A DNA stretch of 64,000 nt from the NCBI GenBank assembly GCA_000165425.1, contig CT868319.1, positions 186,001 to 250,000 on the forward strand, in the 5' to 3' direction. The notes under the pieces are model-generated. The model did not search any database. It worked only from the letters and a program-made list of their open reading frames with translations, and was not told where the DNA came from. Origin of the DNA: Paramecium tetraurelia. Lineage: Eukaryota. This document shows positions 56,501 to 64,000 of the stretch, in pieces. Positions within the stretch are counted from its first letter, which is position 1, and the number at the start of each line of letters is the position of its first letter. A program made the translations under genes and the position numbers.

Positions 56501-59500
56501 TTTATCAATTAATCAATTTATTCATTTAGCTATTCATTGATTAATTAGTACTGTGTAATCTTTTGTCTAAGATCATTCATCTCTCTAACATTATTCTATT
56601 ATTATGATTCTAAGAAGTTTTTCCTATATGTTATTTCTTCAATGATATTTGACTTTTCCTATAATTCTCTATCTAAATCATTTATCCTCTGAGTTGAAGA
56701 AAAGGTAGTTTATTATTATGATTATTTCTCAATTTATTTCTATTATTGTTCGATCAGAACTTATAATTCTTACATTTAATTCTAAACAGGCATATACATT
56801 TATTGTAAAGATTATATTTATAAATTCAGACTTCTAATCTCGACATTCTATTGTTCAGTTTATAATTAGAGGTTTTTATTTTGAAGAATCTTTTCTTGCA
56901 ATTTTGAATTTAAATCATTAATTTATTTATCAGCCACTAATTAATTATTTTTAGAATCTTCCTCAGAACATTGTGATTTATTTAATCTTTGTAAGTTTTA
57001 CAATGAAATATTTAACAATTTAACCTAAGATTGCAATTACTATTTTTCTCTTTCTAAAAATACTATTGTTTTTCATGTTAAGCTTACTGTTCTTGTAGTT
57101 ATTATTTCAACTATTAGTATGTCTTTTCTAATTAGTTGACCTTTATAGCATAATCTTCATTTCTTACTAATAGCTTGTTACTATCCATTATTATCCTATT
57201 TTATTCCTATTCCAGCTATCTTTTCTCATTTTCTAAATTATCTATCTTATCAAGATATAAACTTAATTATTTCTATTATTCCTCATATTTCTTCTCTAAT
57301 CCATTTTTCTTTTGCTACTAGTTTTCATAATTAGAAATTAATTAATTTTACTCTTAAATTTTATTTTGTAATTCTACATTTTATTATTTTAATTGTTAAT
57401 TCTCAAATGATACAATTTAAGAAGTTTAATCTTGCTTCAATTAAAATACTCTAACTTCGGAATTTTATTTAACAGTTACCAACTATTCTTACTTTAACTT
57501 CATCTATAATTCTAAAATCTGTTATTCTTAAGTTTAATTTAATTCATTTATTACAGTTATATTTTTTCTTAGTTCTCTATTTTAATCATTTAGTCTATCT
57601 ATTTATTGATATAACTCAGAATGCTCTTATTATAATTGATTTATTAATTGCGTTTATTACGTTTTTGATGATTATAAATTTTCTAATTATTAGTTCATAG
57701 CCTTTACTTTTGAATTAATTTAATCATCAAATGATACAATATTTATTTCTTTTTTCTTCTTTTAATTTATTTCTCTCTCTAATTTTTCCTAATTTTATTA
57801 TGAAGATTCTAATGCCTTTTGAACGTATTAAAGTTTAAGAATTAATTCACTATTTTCATTTTTAACTTAATTCAAACTCTGAATTGTTCTAGTTAAATCA
57901 TTTTATAGACTTTATTTATCTTAATTAAGTAAATCTACCTAATTTCTTAATCTAATATTAGTGTCAACTATTTCTGAATTCATTTTCTCAATGAGTTTAT
58001 TATCAGTAAATGATTCCGAAGACTATTGATGAAAGCATGGCAATTTATTATTCCCATTTTCCATTAAAAACTGAGATTCTCCATTCCAATCAACTTCAGA
58101 TTTTTCCTATCTGCTAGACTCTGATCTTTTGCTCATTCTGTGTATAGAACTTTTCATTGTTTATTAATGAGAAACAGCAATTTATTTAGGTTAGATATTC
58201 TTTTATTTATTTTACAATTCAATTTTTAATTATTTGATCAATTACTATTAATCCTAGATTACAACCATGGATTACTCCTTCAAATCCAACTTTCCTTTAA
58301 TTAATTTATTTTCTTATTTTAATTTAGCAATTTCCTCTTTTAAATATATTATAGAATTATCCTTTTCCTCATTAATCATTTAGAGATTGTCTGCCCTTTC
58401 TTAAAATTCATGTTGATCCATTAGTTGTACCTATAATTTTTCAAATTCACTTAATAGTTGTTAGGCATATTCTCTTTATTAATCAATAACACTGTCTTTC
58501 TCTAATAATTTTTATTGAGTTTAGGACTTTAATTAATTAATTTCAGCATTCTTTTTTACTAATAAATCATTTAATGCTATGATTTAAACATTAAAATCCA
58601 TGATTGGAAATTCTAGTTTTTAATTTAAATTTGATTATTTCATATCCTCTAATTATTAAGTCAACACATCCATTTATTTATTATAATGATTTTATAACAT
58701 CTAAATTTAAACATTTTTAACCATACTCTTTTATTTAGTAGCCTCCTCTGCATCCTCTTGCAATTGCTTATATTAATTAGTTACTATTTCGAATTATTGT
58801 TTTAAATTTTGCAATTCATTTATTAAACCTGAATTTTGTGATGTCTATTATTGTAATCTCATCAATTATATAATTAAATCTTCATTCAATTTCTATTATT
58901 CTTTCAATCTTTCATTCCAAGTTTAAACTTCCATTTCTTATGCTTCTGCTAATTCATCGCATCTTTCTCTTTCTTCCTAAATTTATCGTTTCTGAATAGT
59001 GATTCTTTGATTTAGATTTTCAATCTCTTTCTTTGCTTCTTAATCTTTTTATCCCAACTTTTTATTCGCATTTTATAATTATAATTCCAACTCATTAATT
59101 CTTTTCTATAATTATTGTAACTTCTGCTTCAATTCCAATATATAACTCTTCTAATTTCCAATTTCAATATCTTTCTCTTTTAATTAGAAATCATCAATCA
59201 CTTGTAGATCATTTTTCTATTCATTAATGATTTTTAATTCTAAAACAACTTATTTATATAATGTTTCCACTCTTGATAATTCTGACTATAATTTTATGAT
59301 CTCTGAATCTTTATCAGCTTGAGCATTTAATGATTCCTTGTTCTTCTAATGACTCAAATTATAGACTTACTATGCTTCAAGCTGAGATAGCTTCAATTAT
59401 TCCTTGATTTATTTTCCTTCTCTTACAGAATTATCATACTGCTGTTACAATTAGTCAATTTTAGTTTATAAATTATAGATCTCCTTTTTATGGGCTAAAT

Positions 59501-61345
59501 TTTATTAATTGATCACATTTAATAACTCTAAAAATCAAGATAATTAATACCCTCTTTGCTATTTTTCAATGTTGCCATCTAATTCTACATTAATTCATCT
59601 TTTCTTTAATCTCTACTATTAAAATTTTATGTCTTATCTTAAAGTTCGTTTAACTTGACCTTCATCAAATCTAATTGAATAATAGAATTCTCTCTCTCCT
59701 TTTATAAATCTAAGATCTGTTTATTAAGCAATGATAATTAAACATTAAATAATTCTTTCTAAGAATTTAAAAATTAATTATGATTCTACTCGATTACGTA
59801 AATCTTTTCCTTGTTAGTTTAATCCATCTATGCCAATTACATCTGATATTATTAAGTTAATTGATAAATATCTTCTTTTGTCTATTTTGATAAATTATTG
59901 TATTTTTCAGTCCAAAATTAATCTACCTGTTTTATTTGTCGATTTAATTCTTCATTTGATAAAGTTATAACCTTTTAGGATTACATCTTATTATTATTGT
60001 TTAATTAATCATTCTAGATTAATAGTTCTTTCTCTCTCTGATCAAACTTCAATTTCATCTAGTCTATTTCTTAAACTTTCAAGACCTTCATCTCTAATAA
60101 TTAGCTTTCTGCTTACTGAAGCTACTAATTTTTCAATTAAATTTCCTTTTAAAATGAGGCAACTTATAAATTCAATTATTTGATTTAAGCATCTGATTCT
60201 GTTTATGATAAACAAAGGGATTTGTGTTTTTCACTCAGCTGTCTTTATAAATCCAAGTTTTGGTTCTTTAGTTGATTGATTTCATTATTCAATTTTTAAG
60301 TGTATTAATTGGAGGATTATTATTACATATTTAAATCTTTTTCTAGATTATCAATCTATACCTTTAGATCACCCTTTTTTCTATCATATTGAGTGTTCTC
60401 TGATTCAATTGCTAATTATAATTTCTGAACCTGAATCATCATTTATTACAACTTCTTTTGATTCTAATTGTTAATCTATTCAAAATTTTAATTATTTTCC
60501 TTTATTTCTTATGCCTTTTTGGCCAGATCTTAATTGGCCTTTTCAATTATTGTATTTTTTTAGCCTATTTCCTATTCCATTTAAGTTATCTTCATTTATG
60601 CTTACAATTAAAATTATGCTAGCTTATCATTAAAGTCTTATTAACATTTTTATTAGATTTATTATGCTTAAATCAATTACTAGGATTTTGTTGCATTTAC
60701 AGCTTCATAGTTGGCAGTACTCTAGTAAAGTTCATTCTTTTTGATATTAATTTCCTTCATTAATTTATCCAATTGATCATTTTTTAAAGACAACTCAGAA
60801 GTCAATGATTCTATTTTACTTGTGGCTGACAATTACATTTTACGAATTTATTCTTAGAGTTCTTCTATTACTTTTTTAGAATTGGTATCCAATTACGAGA
60901 TTTGGTATGTTTTTTATTATTATAAACTGTCATTATTTCTCTGTAATTAAAGTATTTCATTCTTTAGCTTTTGGATATCTGTGTTGGCTCTTTCCAAATT
61001 CTGTTTACTTTAATCCTTTTCAATGTTATTAGTTTCTTAAACTTGCTTCAGCTAATTTTTCAATTAATTATTTTGGTCAGTTAATTATTCAATTGCTTTC
61101 TTTTGATCTGTGTTGCCTTGGGAAATCTATTGAATTTGAAGTTGTAATGATTGATTTATTTGAATTTGCTGTTATAGTTAATTGACTTGACCCTTATAAT
61201 CCATTTCTAATTATGATAATTATTGATTCTTGGTTTTCACTTCATTTTGCAAAGACTTTATCTCGAATTCTAATCTATTGTTTTTGTTCAATGAGTTTCG
61301 TAGCCACACTTCTTAATTTCGATTTTATTCTGGTGTTTGAGACAT
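53581..61345 (-). CDS. Giant Gln-rich coiled-coil protein (~2,500 aa)
   Basis: MSQTPEQNRNQEVWLRNSL...; continuous heptad-rich frame with very frequent TAA/TAG=Gln and a few tiny introns; stop at 53581 or 53609; not every junction was verified. Confidence 0.72.
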
Positions 61346-61818
61346 TAAATTAATTATATAATATTTGGAACATTTATAACATGATTCTATTGTTATTTTC
61401 ATTAAACAAATACAATAATAAAAACAATACAATACCTAGCCTAATCTACTTAAAATTGAACAAAATTCTACTGATTTAAGATTAATCATTTAAAAAATGG
61501 AAAGTCATTAAGTAAATTTTTTAATTTACTGAAATCACTTTGCCATTCCAGACTACTTATAATTTGATTAAGAAAATGATATAGATTGAATATTTCAATT
61601 AACAATTTAATTTTAGAAATAATTTATAGAGTACATTAAAAATAAATATTATTTATTTTAAGATTTCTTATCAGACTAAATTCCTAAGATAAAATAATTA
61701 GTTTATTTAAATTTTATTAGTTCCTGCTTATAGTGAATCAGAGATTATTAAACTATCTAAATAAAAGAATTAAAAATTAATTTATTAATTATGATAAAAA
61801 AATGTTTAATATTTTACA

Positions 61819-62871
61819 TCATTATTATTCAGCAGCTCTTCTGGTAGCCAATCTTTCTAATTCATTGACTAAGACTAATTCTTATCTTCTTCCTGCAGTG
61901 ACAGCTTCATATTCAACATCGAAACTGTGACATAAATCAGCAGCGTCATCCCATAAAGTTTAATTTCTCTATCTTTTGTTAGTAGCAGCTTAAGCAACTG
62001 CGGTTTAGGTTGAAATTGTTCCTTATAAGTTTTCAGCTTTGCTACTTAAATGAGTCTTGGCATCGTCAAGTCTAGCTTATGAACTAAGATAAAGATCTTT
62101 TTGTTATGCGAAAAGACCCAAAGCAGTAGTGTTATCTGCTGTGTATGATGCCCAAGCTTCTTCAACTGTATTTCTCAAGGTTTATAACAATTAGACGAGT
62201 CTTTCAGCTGCACCTTCTGAATCTTCTTCTTAAGTAATTTAAGCCAAAGCACCAATGGCTTACATGAATGTCTTGTTCATTTTGGTAGCAATAGCCGATT
62301 TCATTAATTTAGTTGTCATCTCAGCAACTTAAACCAATGAAGCTTTGCCCTTAGCTAGAGCAGTAGCAAGATCAATGGAATCATCAATGGCATTGATGGC
62401 ATCGTTGAAGGAAACAGCTCCTCTGTTGTAGGATTGAGTGTCTTCCTTTCTGGCATCATTAATTAAACCAATGTGTAGAGAAACTGTATTCAAAATATTT
62501 TCGGTTTCTCCAAGAGTTGCTTAAGTTTTTTTCAAAAGGATGGTGGCTGTCTTTAGAATACCATTGGCAATTTTGAGTTTGCCATTGGCATCTTCAACTT
62601 CAAGTTTTCTGTAAGAGATCTCACTATCGCATTCAGTTTTTTATGCGTTGTAGACATCGTCATGTCCACCTTGTTCTTATGCGACTGCTGATTTAAAGGA
62701 ATTAAGGATTCCCTTGATTGAATCTAGTGGTGAATGGGTTTTAAGCTTATTTTCAACTTCAACCATGATGTTCATGATGCTTCTTTTACCACCATATTGT
62801 AGTGGGTACTTTTACATCAAGCTAGCATTGCTAATGGCTAAGACAACCAAGATTGTGAATGCAATTTTCAT
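61819..62871 (-). CDS. Trichocyst matrix protein / granule lattice (TMP/GRL) family precursor
   Basis: Signal peptide MKIAFTILVVLAISNA; helical proprotein with EQGGHDDVY..ECDSEI and LC..EY..R..EL; intronless; higher GC. Confidence 0.85.
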
Positions 62872-63597
62872 ATATTAATAATTGATTTTTTCTTATTTTC
62901 GAAAGTTCCTTATATACCACAAAATCTTCAGATTAAAAACGGATTGTGGCAAAAAAAAAAAATAATAATTTATTAAAAATTTGATTCTGTTTATAAAATT
63001 AAAAAATTAATTTTTTAATCCACGTATTTTGATTAATTAATTTTTCGAATTATTTTCTTTAAAGAATTAATATTTATGAACTAATTTCTATTAACGGGAA
63101 ATTTTTAGATATTTAAATAATAATAAATAATGGGAGAAATAAAATATTCATAATTAATTTCTATAACAGCAGTAAATAACCGTTAAGGATACAAACTATG
63201 ATATATGCCGAAGAAATAGATGAACTCTTATTTGGAATGAATTTTTAACGATTCATTAATTTTTTATTTGATTTGAGAAATTTCTACAAATTACAAATTA
63301 TAAATTTATATAATATTCGGATCAATATGTTAAGAAAGAAGAATGATTATGTCATAAAAGCTGATATATATAAATTAAAGTTTGTATTTAGTTATTTCAG
63401 AAATAGAAGTCTATTATTGATTATTTATTAAATGCTTCATTCACTTCTCAATCTTTCAATATTTTATATTCATTCACATATGGAATTAGTATCTTTTCAA
63501 TTTAAGATTTTTTACATTAATTATAATGTAGGTTGGTTATATTTAATTTGATAGAAAGTTTAGCACCTTGATTATTGATAAATTATATTATTTAATC

Positions 63598-64000
63598 ATG
63601 AAAAGAGCAACTGATGGGAACTATTGTAACTATATGAACTATATTCTTAGATGAAAATGAATACATTGCTAATTAGGAGGATAAATTACTTGAGAAGATG
63701 AGAAAGAAACAGGTATGATAATGTCTAAAAGAGAGGAACGAGAATTGGAGCAATTAAAATTATATGAGTAATAGTAAAAAGAATAGGAAAGAAGAAAAGT
63801 CACTCTCTTAGAATCCACTCGTTCAAAATAACAATAAGTAGAGTTGGCCTTGAAGGAGAAGAGATAAATGGTGAGTATATATCATAATATAAATCTTCTA
63901 GATAGAATTGAAGAGAAAAGAAAAAGAGAAGGAAAAATTGCTTTAAGTGTAAAAGATGGAATAAGAAAAACTTAAAGAATTGACGGAAAGGGAAATCAGC
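63598..64000 (+). CDS. Charged coiled-coil protein (5' part only; runs off the window)
   Basis: MKRATDGNY|YENEYIANQEDKLLEK...; E/K/R-rich; three tiny introns. Confidence 0.7.

Noticed and set aside
59882..59926. 45-nt GT..AG segment as a long intron or IES
   Set aside because: Reads through in frame (VDQFWTEKYNNLSKQ) with no stop, so probably exon

Overview
AT-rich, gene-dense ciliate DNA, most likely a Paramecium macronuclear chromosome segment. TAA/TAG read as Gln and only TGA is a stop (translation table 6), and genes carry tiny ~20-30 nt GT..AG introns, so the supplied ORF track is fragmented and often in the wrong frame. Manual translation gives about 31 protein genes, one tRNA-Ser(CGA) and three probable decayed ORFs. 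The first 30 kb is rich in sensory-type genes: three hybrid histidine kinases, a degenerate His-kinase-like membrane protein, a stand-alone Cache-domain protein, and three 2-TM proteins with DEG/ENaC-like topology. The 32-46 kb region holds ciliary genes (actin head-to-head with DAW1/ODA16, a Dpy-30+GAF RSP2-like protein, a MORN protein, a cytosolic carboxypeptidase) and a 7-TM TOM1/GPR137-like protein fused to a pseudokinase. All family calls come from motif recognition by eye; no database searches were run, and some gene boundaries are approximate.
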